DNA from: Bigelowiella natans CCMP2755 | Taxonomy: Eukaryota > Protista > Cercozoa | Length of the DNA stretch: 64,000 nt | Direction of reading: 5' to 3' | Assembly: GCA_000320545.1 (NCBI GenBank) | Contig: ADNK01001860.1 | Coordinates: forward strand, 62,001-126,000 | Shown here: positions 38,051 through 54,658 of the stretch, piece by piece | How positions within the stretch are numbered: the first letter of the stretch is position 1 | How the letters are laid out: each line of letters starts with the position of its first letter | Notes under the pieces: model-generated | The model's input: only the letters and a program-made list of their open reading frames with translations | What the model was told of the DNA's origin: nothing | Databases searched by the model: none | Program-made: the position numbers and the translations under genes

Positions 38051-38279
38051 GAACACTAAGACCCCAACGGTGATGATTGATGACGCAGAAATAGACTATA
38101 CACGCCTACTCCTCTTCCTCCTCCTCCTCCTTCTCCTACCACTACTACTACCACTACCAATGTACCGCTACTACCTAATCGAGATATGATTGCAACGAGC
38201 CTCTTGAATATCCAAACCCAACGACTAGTTCCGTTCCTACTCCCGGCCTCCCAAGCGCTGATGTTGTTGATGATGATGC

Positions 38280-38312
<33 letters not shown>

Positions 38313-39605
38313 AATCATCGCCACGTAAGTTATTCTCGTTGCATCAGCGAGGAGGGCCGATCGCAGAGAATGATGACAATCATATGGGAAGGGTGATGTG
38401 GCTGCAAGACGCATATACAACCTCTCCATGCTTGAAGATGGAATAGCCTGATCCGCTACCATAAGAGCGCTCTGAGCCTTATGAAACACACACGCATTCT
38501 GATGCTGCTACTACTTGCCATCGGTTCTGTTACGCGTAAGTAATGCGGACCCTTTTCTTCTCTTCCAAGCGCTTTTGTATTATGTCCTTCATCGTCACTC
38601 GCACTACGCGCTGAATGTAAAAGACGAGGGTGGCTTAGCAAATGATGAAAGCAGATCCTCCCCCTTTTTTCTCGGAGCCAAGTCTATATCTTGGAAGGCT
38701 GTTCGGCGCTCGAATGGAGAGGGGGCAGGCAGCCAAATGTGATGATATATGAGTGGAACATTTTTCCCTCTCCATATTGCCAGGATTATGATGTGCCCTC
38801 TCCTTCTAGTTTTCTTCTTCTTCTTCTTCGCATCATCATCATCATCATCGACATCGTCATCATCATTATGAAACCGTCATTATTCCCATACTATTACTAC
38901 TACTACTACTACACCTGGTTGATTAAGTGCGTGAGAGGGGAGAAGTGCAGTGTCGCTCCCATAACGTACCGGACGGCGTGTAGATACTCTAAACCTGTGA
39001 TGAGAACGACGACCACGACAACGACAACGACGAGGAGGAGGAGTGGAGAATCAGGAAAAGCTCAAAATCGACGATGGAGGCTCTCAATATCTTGTTCAGA
39101 ACGACCTTCGTAGGCAAATGCCATGTACGGATACACTGCGACATAGCCCCTAATAACAATCATAATTAATAATGAAGGTGATAAAAGAGGTGTTGGGTGA
39201 GAAGCTATGCTGCTGTAGCACTCACTAACTACTGCAAATTGGAATAAATGCACACGCTGATTCTTCGTTCGAAAGGAGGCAATGAGGATCGATCACCGCC
39301 ATAGTAGAAGATGGAAACATCACCATCACGTCGTTGTAAATAGGTATATTGCGCAGATTTTCGCTACACTTTAAAGCATCATGGGAATGTCTGTCTGCGT
39401 GCGAGCAAAAGAATCGGTACGATTTATCGTCGTATTTATCGGATATGATGTGTCAGGGAGATCGAGTATGCAACAACCAACCTCTTGAACAAGCTTATCA
39501 AACTCCCGTCATCACTTACTCCTATCATCATCCATATCAGTTGTAATGCTTGCCATAAAAATGAGAAGATGTTGTTGCGTGCAACGAGAATACTCTCTGA
39601 TTATA

Positions 39606-39649
<44 letters not shown>

Positions 39650-40487
39650 TTAATTAATATATGTTGAATATCTGTAAAACCTAATGCTTGCATATCTCTG
39701 AGATCTTGTCTCATCTCAAGATAGTATGCCTCTAAACGTGTGCGAAGGTACGGCACACCGGCGACACACAAAACGGCTCTGATACATCACCCAACATATC
39801 CACAAACAAGCGATGCCCACACACGTTAGCATGAACACATGAATTGCATAATATCAGATGCTCTCAGCATTCACTTCGTAATAATCCAGCCCTTTATCTT
39901 CCTGTGTTAAAATCTCTATCATCAACTATCGTTCTTACAGGAGTTGATCGCGTGCGCCCAATGATGTCTCCGTGCCATCTGGAAGAATCTGCCCGTATCA
40001 ATATCAATATATAAATATACATTGTGCTTCAAAATTCAGACTTTTTTCCATTTTCGCGGCATTCGTTCACGATGATGCATGCAGCGCAAGGTTGGGAGTC
40101 AGTTACCTTGACGCGTTTCAGGCAATAAAAATTTTCCGCAAAGCTTGCTCCGTGTGTCTAGATAGATCATGCGTAGTTTATTATCTTCCTTAAAAGGACA
40201 ACATGACTTATATCTCCTGAACAACAAAGGTGCGAAGGATTGCAAGCTCACTCTATTACCTCCTCTATTATTATCATTCACAACATGTTACACTTTTTCA
40301 CTCTTATGCCAACCCCCCCCCCCCACCCACCCACCTTAAAGTATCGCCTATCAAGCAAGAAACACATCGTGTAGAAAAGCTCGTCGCCCCTTGAATATTC
40401 CGATTCGTATCACAATTGTCAAGCATATGTAATGCGCTGAAAAACCATGCTCTCTCTCTCTCTCTCTCTCTTTCTCAATCTCTCTCA

Positions 40488-40548
<61 letters not shown>

Positions 40549-40578
40549 GCGCGCGCGCAGATACATACGATAATTATA

Positions 40579-40618
<40 letters not shown>

Positions 40619-41064
40619 CCAATGTGGGTTTATGCAAGGAACTCTTGTATCCAGTAACCATCCACTACAGTTAAACAATCTCGTTAAATCAATCAACCTT
40701 TGTGCTACAAATGAGAGTTGTGGAAATTGATTGGCCATAGTGGACAGGATATGCTGGAGCGCTACATGAGGGGAGGAGGAGGAGGAGGAGGAGGAGGTTC
40801 ATCAACACACATGCCTTCCGGACAAGAGTGCCGGTAAAAAATACATCATCGAGAAGAACACATCATCGTATGTAAATTCTGTTTGGAAACCTGGGCGTAG
40901 ACCCTGCGTGAGACGATCTGCGGCCGCAACCTCGAAGAACGACGGCCTAGACCTGAAGGAAAGCGGACTTCACTAAATGTGTACATGACTTGAGGGCAAT
41001 GTACAAGCAGTCCCTAAAGCAAAGGATAGAATACGTACATATCCGCGCCTCCATATCCCATCAT
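36621..41064 (-). CDS. PEX12: Peroxin-12 (RING-finger peroxisome import factor)
   Basis: N-terminal M|SRPSFFEVAAADRLTQGLRP, then FLIRFLQWW|YSPENEQR...PPPPP, RING CPLCLRTRVNAALLPS...FCYACIFNHLKDHGTCP and VTLRPCRMEDLRKIYES*. Confidence 0.88.
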
Positions 41065-41687
41065 CTTTGATTGACGTCGCTATTCACTAGCCCGTTATCT
41101 TATGGGCTGCCTGAGAGAAGAGCCCGAAGGCTGCTGCTGCTACTCCTGCCAACCTCCATTGCTGAATGCTCGGAAGAAAATGAGTAGAAGTGCGGTAAGA
41201 ACGTAAATACAGGGGAAAGTATCATAGCGACAAGGCATACTAAGAAAGTCTTCAGCAACAAGGTTCCAGGCATTTTTCAGAAAAAAAAAATTGAAAGTCA
41301 TGTCGCAGGAAGAACATGCTCTTCTATTTTCAATAAAATTCGAACGGATCTGTGCTTGCATCCAGATCTATCACGTCGGCGAACCTGCCTGGGACGATCA
41401 TTTTCAGCCTCAACCAAGGAGGAGGAATGGCTCGGCCAGCCTTGCTCATAGGTCTTGATCGGAGTAAATCTGTATTTTTGAGGCTGTCATGCTAAAGAAA
41501 TCTGCTCTCAGGCTCGTTCGTGTCCTTGCTCGCTCCTCTTCACAAACCGACTAGGAATGCGCTACGAAGCTATGCATTGGGTTATATACCACAACCATGT
41601 TACGTTTGAAATGAGAGTGAAAGACGATTTAATAATTATTGTTTATTGGCTCATGATGATGTACATCACTCTCGCATTTGACGATAA

Positions 41688-42603
41688 TGATGTTATGCGT
41701 TGAAATGGGAAATTACTCAGCAGAAATTAACGAATCTTTAGGCCGTGCCAAACGAATTGTACGTGCTCTTCCATACTGTGGATCAGTGGGTGATTACTCT
41801 ACATAATTCAAATTTTATTCCAAGTGCTGATTTGAATTGTTCCCAGGCCCTTCCAAAGCTTCTTCTTCCTCCATCCACTCCTCCTCCTTATCCATGCGTG
41901 GTCTCAGAATTCTAGCCTTTGAAGATAGGTAGTTGATATTCTACCTGTCTTGAAACATTAATTTGAAAATTTCAACCCGTTGTTTAATATTTACAGCTAC
42001 GATATAAAAAGAATGATGGAGATGGTAATGGCGCGAAATCATAGCAACCAAATAAATTTGCTTATCAAATTTGGAATTGCCCGTTTTCCAGGATGGAGTG
42101 AAGATTGAACAATTCGAAAGCTTCAATCAACAAGTAAAGAAGTTCGTTGAAATATTAAAGAGAAAAAAATGACGGGTTATTCGATCTTATTGTAATAGTG
42201 GCGAACAGATTATGCACTTGAGGCTCTGAAGGAGTTCCGGCCTGATGTTGTTCTGCTCGACTACTATATACCACCGATCACAGGCCTTAAGGTGCGAGAA
42301 ATTTGACACCAGCCTTCACCAATGTAAGAATCAGGCAAACAATCACTGATCAAATACAGGTTTTGAGAGCCTTAAACGAAGCTGTTGCAAACAAGGAGAT
42401 AGATCGGCCAAGATACATAATAGGCATGTCATCTGTTGCTTCATGCAATAACGTGAGTGGAATTGCATTGATCAATTTTTTAACAACTTCAACGAAAATA
42501 ACTAATTTTATGCTACTGCTATTTGTAGGAAATGTTGAAGGAGGGTGCTGATTTTGCCTTTGTGAAGCATGAAATGACGTCTTGGAACGCCTGGCCCAGA
42601 TAG
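41688..42603 (+). CDS. Stand-alone CheY-like response regulator (receiver domain)
   Basis: MRGLRILAFED...FRPDVVLLDYYIPPITGLK|VLRAL...YIIGMSS...EMLKEGADFAFVK contains the acidic pocket, phospho-acceptor Asp, Ser and Lys. The start is uncertain (41688 or 41894). Confidence 0.8.
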
Positions 42604-43112
42604 ATAGTGGTCCTATCTCTTTGATTTGCTATGTAGTGGCTGACAGGATATATAATAGTGCGGTACCAAGTGTCATGTAGCGTGCATATACACAGTCATA
42701 TTTCATGTACATTCAAAGTGTAAATACAACACAGCAGCTCTGCCACATTTTTGCACCATAACGCTTAATATTAGCGTTGCAGTCATCTTCATTTAAGTAT
42801 ACGTACATGCGTGGCCGCACCACGATGAAGGAAGCATAGCTCACAAGTTGCGGTGACCACGCACGCGTGCATACAATATCACCGAATATCAATTGGGCGA
42901 GTAATGCTACGCTTTTGTTCGTAGCGTTCCTTGCAGTGCTGGCGCGCGTAGCTCGGTAAGCAGTCATTGTACATGATCTTCGTGGTTGTCTTCTCAAACT
43001 ATAATGAGGCCCTATCTTGCAACAGAATTCGTCCAGACACAAAAGATAAGCACTAGAAACATAGATAAGAAGACCATGACCCCTTTCCCTCGTGACTCAG
43101 ATTTCCACCATT

Positions 43113-44426
43113 TTAGAGGATTCGCTTGAAAATTGATTGCCCTTTTGCAGCATGGAATCCAGCTGCTCCGACATGGATTGGCACCAAATATTCAAAGTAT
43201 TGTCCAGCCTGCAATGACATATCACTTCAGTTAAAAACGCAAAAAGAAATGGTGCCATCTTACCTGCTTGTGAATCTTGAAGCTGTTCTTCGCAATGCTT
43301 TTGGTCTGATAGATAAATGGTAATAAATAAAGAAACTTCCATACAGCACGATGTTTAATTAATGGATGCATCACGTTATCATTGCGCTGTTCCTTGGGAA
43401 TGCCCGGTATTTTACTTCCGAAAAATGGAAGTCCTGACCACAAACAAACGCTCACACTAAGCTCGAAACATAGCAAGGTAGAATAAATCTGCAACCTTTC
43501 CCCCCGTAGTAACCCATTGCAATTCCTGAGTAAAAGGAACAAGCATAAATTGTGTATGTTTGCACTGAGAGTGTATAGCATGGTTTTTGCAGTGAACCAT
43601 TCTTTACCCGTCACAGGCATAACTGCCATGAAGACGTAGAAAAGCCCGTGGGACGCAGACGCCGCCATGTGCTATTATTCAATGAATAGTAAGGGCAAGG
43701 ACACGGAATTTAAACTGACGACTTGCGACCTCAAGGCTTGATCCAGGTAGGTGACCAGGGAGCTTACTCGTAAACCTCAGAGCAAATCTTGGAACCTATT
43801 TAAGAATAATGACTTCCAAATTTCGATCTAACATCATTTCTCTTAGATACCACGAGGGCTGCAACGCAGAGTCCAAACGACTTGTGGAGGTTCATGTATT
43901 TACCCTAATGTAGAATACTTCAGTGTAATTATTGGTTTTTTCATAAAAATCTCAAATTTACCTTCGCCTTTTTATCTTTCGTGTTCATGGCAAGCTGAAC
44001 GGTTGCAAAGCACCTGGAAAATAAAACGAGCCGTTATATATATATTTCAATTAGAATCGCGAGGTACAAATAGCGGTCGGTCGAATGTATATGAATGATC
44101 GATTACCCTAGTATCCCCCCACCGGTTGCCCAATGCATGACTTTCATCGCCCCCGAGTACCTTCGTTATAATGGATACATTTTGTTTTGTAAAAATCACA
44201 TCATCCAAGATCGAGCAATCATGCTACGTTTCCGGCTGAGAAACCGCAGTGCAGAGCTTCTTGCGTTGATCCTGCAAGATTTTACGGAGGGGCTGTGTGC
44301 CGTTCTTCAACATGCGCAATCTGGAAGCGAACAAATTCATCATGCTTGGGTGTTGGAGAGATCTTTGTGAAGGCGCTTGTGGAATGGATTTTCCGGGTAG
44401 AGGGTCTCCCTAACAAGATTCGCATG
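43113..44426 (-). CDS. Bacterial-type di-heme cytochrome b561 (CybB/YceJ-like)
   Basis: YSGAMKVMHWATGG...GKYMNLHKSFG...ASASHGLFYVFMAVMPVTG...FKIHKQ|AGQYFEYLVPIHVGAAGFH...IFKRIL* has the conserved heme-ligand histidines. The start is approximate. Confidence 0.82.
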
Positions 44427-44670
44427 AGCCACAGAGAATACTGCCTACATAATGCATGTGCGACAAAGCAATGAATCCATTTCATTGAAAAAACATCGAC
44501 CTCGATGACTAATTTTGCTCTCATGACAGCCATTTTCGGAATCCAAACCAGTTTTATTTCTTCGGTTGCTTTTGAGTTCCGAGAAGCAGCTTGATTGTTT
44601 CGGATGACGACGAAACCCGAAACTCGGAGCTGTTTGGACACGAGCAAATGTAACCTCCAAAATATATGAA

Positions 44671-47389
44671 ATGCAGCGGTATTTGATTGTCGTAAAATAT
44701 ATTATTAAACCGTTTTTTGAATATCAATGCTGCAAAAGATCCGTTAAATCTGAATTGGTGTTCAGGTACCATCTGCCCCCAAGGTGTTTCTCTTGCACAT
44801 CATCAAGGGACAGTTCTCCAAGTAAGTTTTTATTTAAAGCTCCCGAGTCTCAGCGTTTCGTACGTGATCGTGGTAATGGAATCGCCAACCGAATTGTGTT
44901 CCTGGACTTATGATAACTCCACTGTTTTTTGAACCACTACGTGTCGCTTAGGGAAATATTTGATGAGAATTTTGTATAACTGTTTTAATGGCTAGAACTT
45001 TGATATTCTTTAGAATAAAGATGAATCAGAAGTGCTTACTTGTAATATGATGTTTAAAGGCGACAACAGACAATAGCGTGGAAGAGAGAATTCGAAAGCA
45101 AAGGGTTTACATCGGAGAAACACCATGTCCCACATCAAGCACAGAACTGACTTTCAACTCACGAGCGAGATCAATTGCTACGTCCGTAAAGTGATGATGA
45201 AAGAGCGGCAAAGAGACATGAAAAGGAAGAATGTCTTGCATGAGCGAGAGGTAGGATGTATTCTAATGTGTTCATGAAGAAATAGAGGAATTTAGCTAAA
45301 AAATTCTTCTCTGCCAGATGAGGAGGGTGGCGATGAATTCCAAGCGTCCCTCCACTGCACAAGCAGTAATGCGATCCATGGAAGTCAAAACACCTAAAGA
45401 TAGTGGGGGGAAAAAAAATATGAGGAGGCCGAATACCGCGGCGGGCCGCAGATCCATGAAGGAGAAGATGGCCAAAAAAAATTCGAAGATAATAGCTGGG
45501 TAATAACCTGACACATAACGAAGCGAAAGCATGTATTCGCGTACTCACACTATGTCGCATCGCATTGGAAAATCTAAATTACACCCGTCACTATAACCCG
45601 CTAGAATTGGCGAAAGTAATGGCCTCGAAGAAGCAGAAGAGGTTATCAATTGATGATGCGCGGAATAAACGTAAAAACTCACCTTACGCTCATGTTTGCC
45701 ACACGGTTGTAGATTCTGAAGAGTTATACGAGTCGCGTCCCAATGTTAAGCGGGAAAATTAAAAAGGCTCATACCGAAAGCAAGTATGTAAATAATCTCC
45801 CAGTTGGAACTAGATAGACATCGAGTAAATGCAAGACAGGAGATACTCTCTGCGTTCAGAAACAATTTTTAGATAACATATTATTATCTTGAACACAAAT
45901 TGAATTATATACTTCGTACAGGCTATCTTTTCTGTTGAAGACTGTCTCACGAAAGCGTGGGCCAGGGCACTATAAGATTGATAAAGCGAGCTACTTAAAG
46001 AAAAAGCAGCAAATGCTGTGGCAGGCTATGAACCACAGCTTACCCAACGTATAAAAAAGAGCGTGTGAATAGAAAGAAGAGGAATGACATGAAAACATTA
46101 CTGATTATATTTAAAAGGTTGATGTTAAGCGTGAGGTGATTTGAATTTTATGTTGGTCCAAAACCTACATGACTACACTCGTGTTTTTTCACATGATGGT
46201 AAATTGCCTCCTCATCTGTTGAGGCGGGCAGATATTGTTGCACATTACAAAGCGTGATGATGATCACAATAGGTTCCTCTGAATTTGCGGCGACCGAATC
46301 CTCGAGCTATGAATACAGCTGCTGCTCAGCAACAGCCGGGACCTGCGGTGAGTTGAGATAGTTTTATGCGATGATATTTGAAATAATAGCATCAAAAGTA
46401 TATGATGAGTGCCTTTATGTTCAAGAAGGTGGCATCCGTTCATTAACTGCTCTTCTCTTCCCCCCTGAAACAACGTATTGAATTGTGTGGTGTGCAGGAC
46501 TACGACAGCGGCGAGCAGGCTCTGAACAATAGGCCACATACCTCTTCTTCTTTCTCCTTTGGATCTGCCATTCGAAGTAGCGTGCACGTTGGACTAAGGG
46601 AAAAGATGATGACCAAGGAGGTTAGTTAGCAAGTTACCACTCTGTGCAGAAGCAGAAATTATGAATCGAAGTAATTGTGAAATATCCATGACAAGAACAA
46701 AGTATAGCTTGGCCTTGTTACAGAGAATGTAGTGGTACTCAACACCAATAAGCACCATCGTCGTTTTACGGACGATCACAACAACACGCAAGTTGCAATA
46801 GACATAACACCATCATCAAACTCACTCTCAGAATCTTTTTACAGCGAAGGAGTTGCTTCAAAGACTCCGATCCTTCTAACTTTGTTAAAGAATACCGAAC
46901 GAAGCTCAAAGAGTACAACCCCGAAGCGCGGGAGGCGAGCAGGATGGACAAAAGGGAGAGGCGAGAGTGGAAGCAAGGTAATGATCTGGATTTGAATCAT
47001 TAGTAGATTAAGATTCTTGCAAGTTTCAACGAACGAAGGAGTGGGGAACTTTGCCTCATCCCACCACCTTCATCACAGTTGAATACGTCACCTGCAGCGT
47101 CTGAATTTTGGTTGGATTTTAGGGAAATGATAGCAACGATGATGATGATAATGATAATGATGAAAAGAAGAAGAAAAAATGTTGTTGATATTGATGATCT
47201 CTAGTGTGATGTAAATATTTCACTTCCAAATCCAGGAATGGTAGAGTTTCGCCGTAAAAGAATTGAGACTGAGAGAATGGAAAGGAATTTGTTGGCCGTG
47301 TACAGGTTGGTGCTGTTGATAGTCAGCACACAACAACATATTATAGTAGGCCATTTCTGTTTCAGAAGAAAGAACGTTCATGATATAAT

Positions 47390-47425
<36 letters not shown>

Positions 47426-47429
47426 TTAT

Positions 47430-47467
<38 letters not shown>

Positions 47468-47511
47468 ATATATATAAATATATATATTATATATATATAT
47501 ATATATAAATA

Positions 47512-47571
<60 letters not shown>

Positions 47572-48830
47572 GATAGGGAGGATGAAACAAAAGAGTAACA
47601 AGTGTGCGCTGACACGTAATTGTAGATCTTCGAACGAGTACATGGAAGAAAAGAAAGCTCGGAAAAAGAAGAAGGAAGACTTCTGTGAAAGACAGAAACA
47701 ATGGATAGGGATCATTCACACGCTAGAGGTAGCAATACTTGGGTTTGTAGCTGAAGAAGAAGAAGAAGAAGAAGAAGAAGAAGAAGAAGAAGAAGAAGAG
47801 AATAGAAAATTACTTGAATAACGAAATCAAATGAAGTTTAATCTGTCCTGCGACGCACTATATATAGTGTAGCCCAAAACAAAGATCGTCACTGTTTTCG
47901 TCACAAACACTTCACGATTTTCAACCCTTCTTTTTAAGTTTTGACGAAATTAAGTAGACAAGCTGAGAACATGCACGAGTTGAGCAATCAAAACCCTCTA
48001 TTGTATATCCACAACATCAAAGTTAACTTCTATAATTTGTTATCAGGCTTTCAGAAAGATTAGGAAAATTGTAGAGAAAGGCCGCTCCCGCTCATGGAGA
48101 AATAGTGCGAGACAAGATTTTAAACATCACGCCCAAATAACAACACGAGAAAATAAGATGAAGTTTTATATGAATTAGGAGCCACATGCATCATTATTTA
48201 TAGTTTCGGGTATACTTTTTTTAAGATACTAATTCTTTATTACCTTCGTTCCAAACTGAATAAATTTATATTGGTTCACCTTTGCATTCATGATGATATT
48301 CAGGGATACTGAGCGGTCTATTTAAAGGGCCTTGGAGCGGGGCCAAAGATCGTGCAGGGTAATAGGAGGGAGATGAACATCATCGTATAATAATAATGTT
48401 GATGGCGCACAAGTTGCGTCCATCTGCTCTCAACCTGTGAAGCTGGGAGGAGAGGGGGGACTGAGCCCACGCTGTTTATGAGAGAATCGTAACAAATGAA
48501 AATATTCAATGACCTTATCAGAATGAGGGAACAACAATGAAATTAGTTCGTTTTTCTATCTGGCCCCCCTCCATTCATTCCTTGACCTCTCTGTTGAAAC
48601 TACCGCAGCGGCCAAGTGCGGTTGATCCAGATGCTGCGGAAGTTTTTATTCAAACGCATGCTAACAAGATGGGTTAATAACCAAGTGCGGGAGAGGAAGA
48701 GGAAAGCTTTGGTTATTGTTTCCACGTTGAAGAAGCAACAAGTGATGGCTATGCGAAAGCAACTGATTGATGAAATGCTTTTAATTCGAAGAAGGGTATG
48801 TGCCCCCTCCGTATATGTCAGTTGATGGAA

Positions 48831-48874
<44 letters not shown>

Positions 48875-50495
48875 TGTTAGGAGTGAGGAAGAGAAAGGAC
48901 GGAAAGAGAGAGAAGATCTTACTATAATTTTGCAGTATCTATTTCCTTAATCTTTTGGTTGCACGTTTCTCCCTCGCTCCATTCGTACGGCTTTTTTTTA
49001 AAGTGTCCCACCTCTCCCCCCCCCCCTCTTCCACCTTTTCATAGATGATGTGCGTCCAGAGGCACTATCAACAACGGAGGAGAGTTATAAGATGGCGAAA
49101 AGTCATCTTAAGAGTGCGAGTATGCATTGAGAAGCTGCGGCAGCAACAAAGTTTTGTTACACGGAACCGCCGACGTCTCTGGAAAATCCTGTAACATTTT
49201 TCGCATTGTGACACAAAAGCGTAGTAGTATAACGAAGGGGACATAGTAGCTTGGAGCTGCTTTTATAAAAAGAGAGCGTATTAGAATAGGGTTGCCAATG
49301 CACACGAACGTGAAGGGCAAGTGAGGAGCTTCATTTGAATACATATACCTTGTGTCTTTCGATGCGGTTCCTTGTTCTGCTAGAAGAACTATTTAGCACC
49401 CCTTCCCTTCCCTATGCGGACAAACATATGTAACAACTATTTACGACTTTTTCTTCACCGATGATTGCTGCCTATGTCTTAAGCAAAAATTCTGTATAAT
49501 TCGTAAAGTAGGTTGCATGATTTCTAGATTTCCTGACATTCATTTCTGAGAGAAATATCTATCGTCTTTCTGACATATCATTTTCTTAGATTCTTGAAGT
49601 TCATTCCCAGCCTGGATATCGTATCAGTGGAGAGACTTTCTACGGACATATTTCGCAAGCGCCTAGAAGCATACAATCTAGCCATCATGCAACATGCCGG
49701 CCACTACAAGAAGCAGTTGGAAAAGATGCTACTCAAGTTGTTTGGGGCTTCAAATGCTATTTCTGGCCTTGAATACTCGATCATCGATTTCGAAATGGTT
49801 TGTGAGATGTTGCAGCCTTCATTCCCGGAGAAGAAATCAGCCGCCATTTTCAAGCTCATGGATGAGGATCACAGCGGGAAGGTAACATATATTCTAGAAT
49901 GATAAATCATTTGATTTTGCAGGTTTTCATTTTAATGGCTGGGTAACATTGATGGTGTTGGCCCGGTAACGGAGGGACGTGTCGCCGCATAGAAATAATT
50001 GCTGTTTCCTTTCCTTTCCGAATCTGTGATTATTATTATACTTCCTGCTTCTTCTCCATGATACTTGGCCAAAATCTTCGGAGCAGCCGCTCAGGCATCC
50101 TGATTTGTTTCTTTGAACGCTACTACCTTATATAATGAAAGGTGTCTTTCGAGGAATTCGTTAATTTCTACTACAAGAGATTCCACATTCATCGCATGAG
50201 TTCGGAGCCCATCAATCCCATAGACCCTATCGATGCAAGCATAGTTGGTCTTATCAAAGATGACCCAAAGCCCATTTTCCGGTTGGCGTTGACCGCGGGA
50301 GAGAAGGTGAGGGTGAGGCGGGAAGTGAAAATGTTACCGAAAATACAGAGGACCTCTTCGACTAGGAATCTGCAACTAAATCGCCGTGTGTTGATGGATT
50401 CGAAAAGAAAGGGCAGCAAGAAGGCTCTTATCGCTACCTCAGTGAGCTCCCCTCAAATCGAAGTAAGAGGGAAGGAAATCCGGAGCACGAAATGA
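44671..50495 (+). CDS. Large multi-exon basic/coiled-coil protein with a C-terminal EF-hand (possibly more than one gene)
   Basis: Spliced EF-hand IFKLMDEDHSGK|VSFEEFVNFY (about 49840-50170) and many upstream GT-AG-bounded K/R/E-rich exons. The 5' boundary is uncertain. Confidence 0.55.
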
Positions 50496-50559
50496 AAAGT
50501 CATCTCAGAGGCGTAAAAAATGATCAGACACATCATCGTTACCACAATATTAAGTCGAC

Positions 50560-51350
50560 CCAGAGCATTCATCTACAGCACATCTTCTTCAGCTGTCAGG
50601 CTAGCAGGGTAGAGCACATGTGAGAAGAACTAGAGAAGGCAGAAGGTTCCCTGTCCACTAAATCATTTCTAGCTATGCTACCCACTCTGCACTGTGTAAC
50701 TATGTCTCTAGACATGCTCTTAGATGCTCTTTCCGTTATGCGAGAAAGAAACTAAGCTTGCTAGCTTGTGCATGCCTTTAAGGTCACTAGCTCTGGCCAG
50801 CTCTAGAGCTCAGGGCTAGCGAGCGAGCGAGCTTGCTAGCTCACTCGAAACGTAATACACACACCTAGACACCACTAGGCTAGCACAGCTAGACAGCTCT
50901 AGAGCTCAGCTAGACAGCGCACGAGCTAGCGAGCGCGAGTGACCAAAGCTAGCAAAGGTCAAACGTCGCTGCACTAGCTAGCGCAGCGCGCCTTCACTGC
51001 GATGCTGTGCCTAGTCACGCCAATGACAGCAAGTCCAGAAGTCCATGCCATGGCTAGCTAGCTAGCAGCGGTGAGCGATCTAGCGATACTAGCGACAGCT
51101 CGCATTTCTAGATGCACATAATTGTCTAATTGTTACAAGCTAGCAAGATCCACTATGATGTGTAGCTAGGTACGTATCGTAGCCGCTGCATTGAGCTACA
51201 TGAGGATGACCATTCTAGCATTGAACAAATTTGATTGATCAATTGCATCCGTCTTGCAAGATCGGCTAGCTAGTCAGTCATGCATTGATGGACAGCTAGC
51301 TAGCTAGACAGTCCACACTATCACATTTCTCGCTGTACGCATGCTTGTCC
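50560..51350. other. CTAG/GCTAGC/AGCT-rich island in a convergent intergenic region (the strongest example of a recurrent class)
   Basis: Very dense CTAG, (GCTA)n and AGCTCTAGAGCT between the EF-hand gene stop (50495) and the beta-tubulin stop (51727). Confidence 0.8.
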
Positions 51351-51726
51351 ATCCGTATTCGTTATACATGTGCGCGTATCTTCGCACATCAATGTAATGC
51401 GTTAAATAACTGTTCGCTACCAGTGATGTCCTGATGTTGCACATTGGCAGCTTACAAACATGAGAAAACCATCAAATTTGACGTGCACAGCCTATAGAAA
51501 CTGTTACGTGGATATGATGCTTTGATAAATGATTTACACTCGTGAATTTATACACCAATATAACAAATTCCGATTTTTGAGCGATTTCACTCCGCTGTGC
51601 CGCCATACTAGTTTCAAAAACATATAGAGCCCTACAAAATTTTATGAAAGAGGCCACTTAAGGCTCGAACCATCTCACTCTATATAGATTGCAGAACGCA
51701 CAAACGCTATTATCATCTTCGATTCT

Positions 51727-53823
<2,097 letters not shown>

Positions 53824-54658
53824 GTTGTGCTGATGGGGGTTTGGATTTTGGCGAGCCCCCTCTGGTTTTGAGGCAAGGATTTTCCAAAAAGGCGGGGAAA
53901 ATATCTGCGATTTTTCGTCAATCCTTTCCTGTCACGCTGGTTCTTCATGGTAAACTCACCCACGATCCTGCATAAATCAATGCTCATCCCGGGATTCAAG
54001 GCCCAACGTTCGATTGTTTGTATGTTTGTGCTGCCAGTCGAGTTTTTACCGCAAAAAAACTCGCCCCTCTATTGCCCTTTATCGGTTTCCTTACAAAGGC
54101 ATTGGGCGAATTCATCCGAAAGCGACCCTGTCGCCCGTTAGGAAAGCGACACGTAGCATTGCCTAGCGTGAGCTTAGTGCCTAAACAGAATGTCATGTTG
54201 GCAGCAAGTTCGGCAGCAAGCATCGCATGAGAATTATATGCGCGTTGGGTTTTGTGGCAGCTTCTCTCAAAACTGAATTTTCGGTAAAACGCCCTTCGTT
54301 TTCACACAAATCGACTCTTTACCATCTCCGAATAATTACACAAGAAATGACTTGTCGCATGCCTGAAATTCATGGCAGGATGTTCCGAGCAACTGCATGC
54401 AGAACAAGCCAAAATATTACGCTTGGAATATCCATTGATATCGAGAAACTCCTTTCAGATAATTTTCCATGCAGCCACTTTGTGAACAGCCGGAATACCC
54501 GTAACGAATTTAGATATTATCAATACGATATATTATGCATTAATAATTTCCCAAATTGATATCAATGTACCAACGGTCTCGAGAACCGGAACTGCAGGGA
54601 GCCTCTGAACCCTACCGCTCTCTCCCTCCCTGTTGTAGTTGTTCCACTGGTACCAAGC

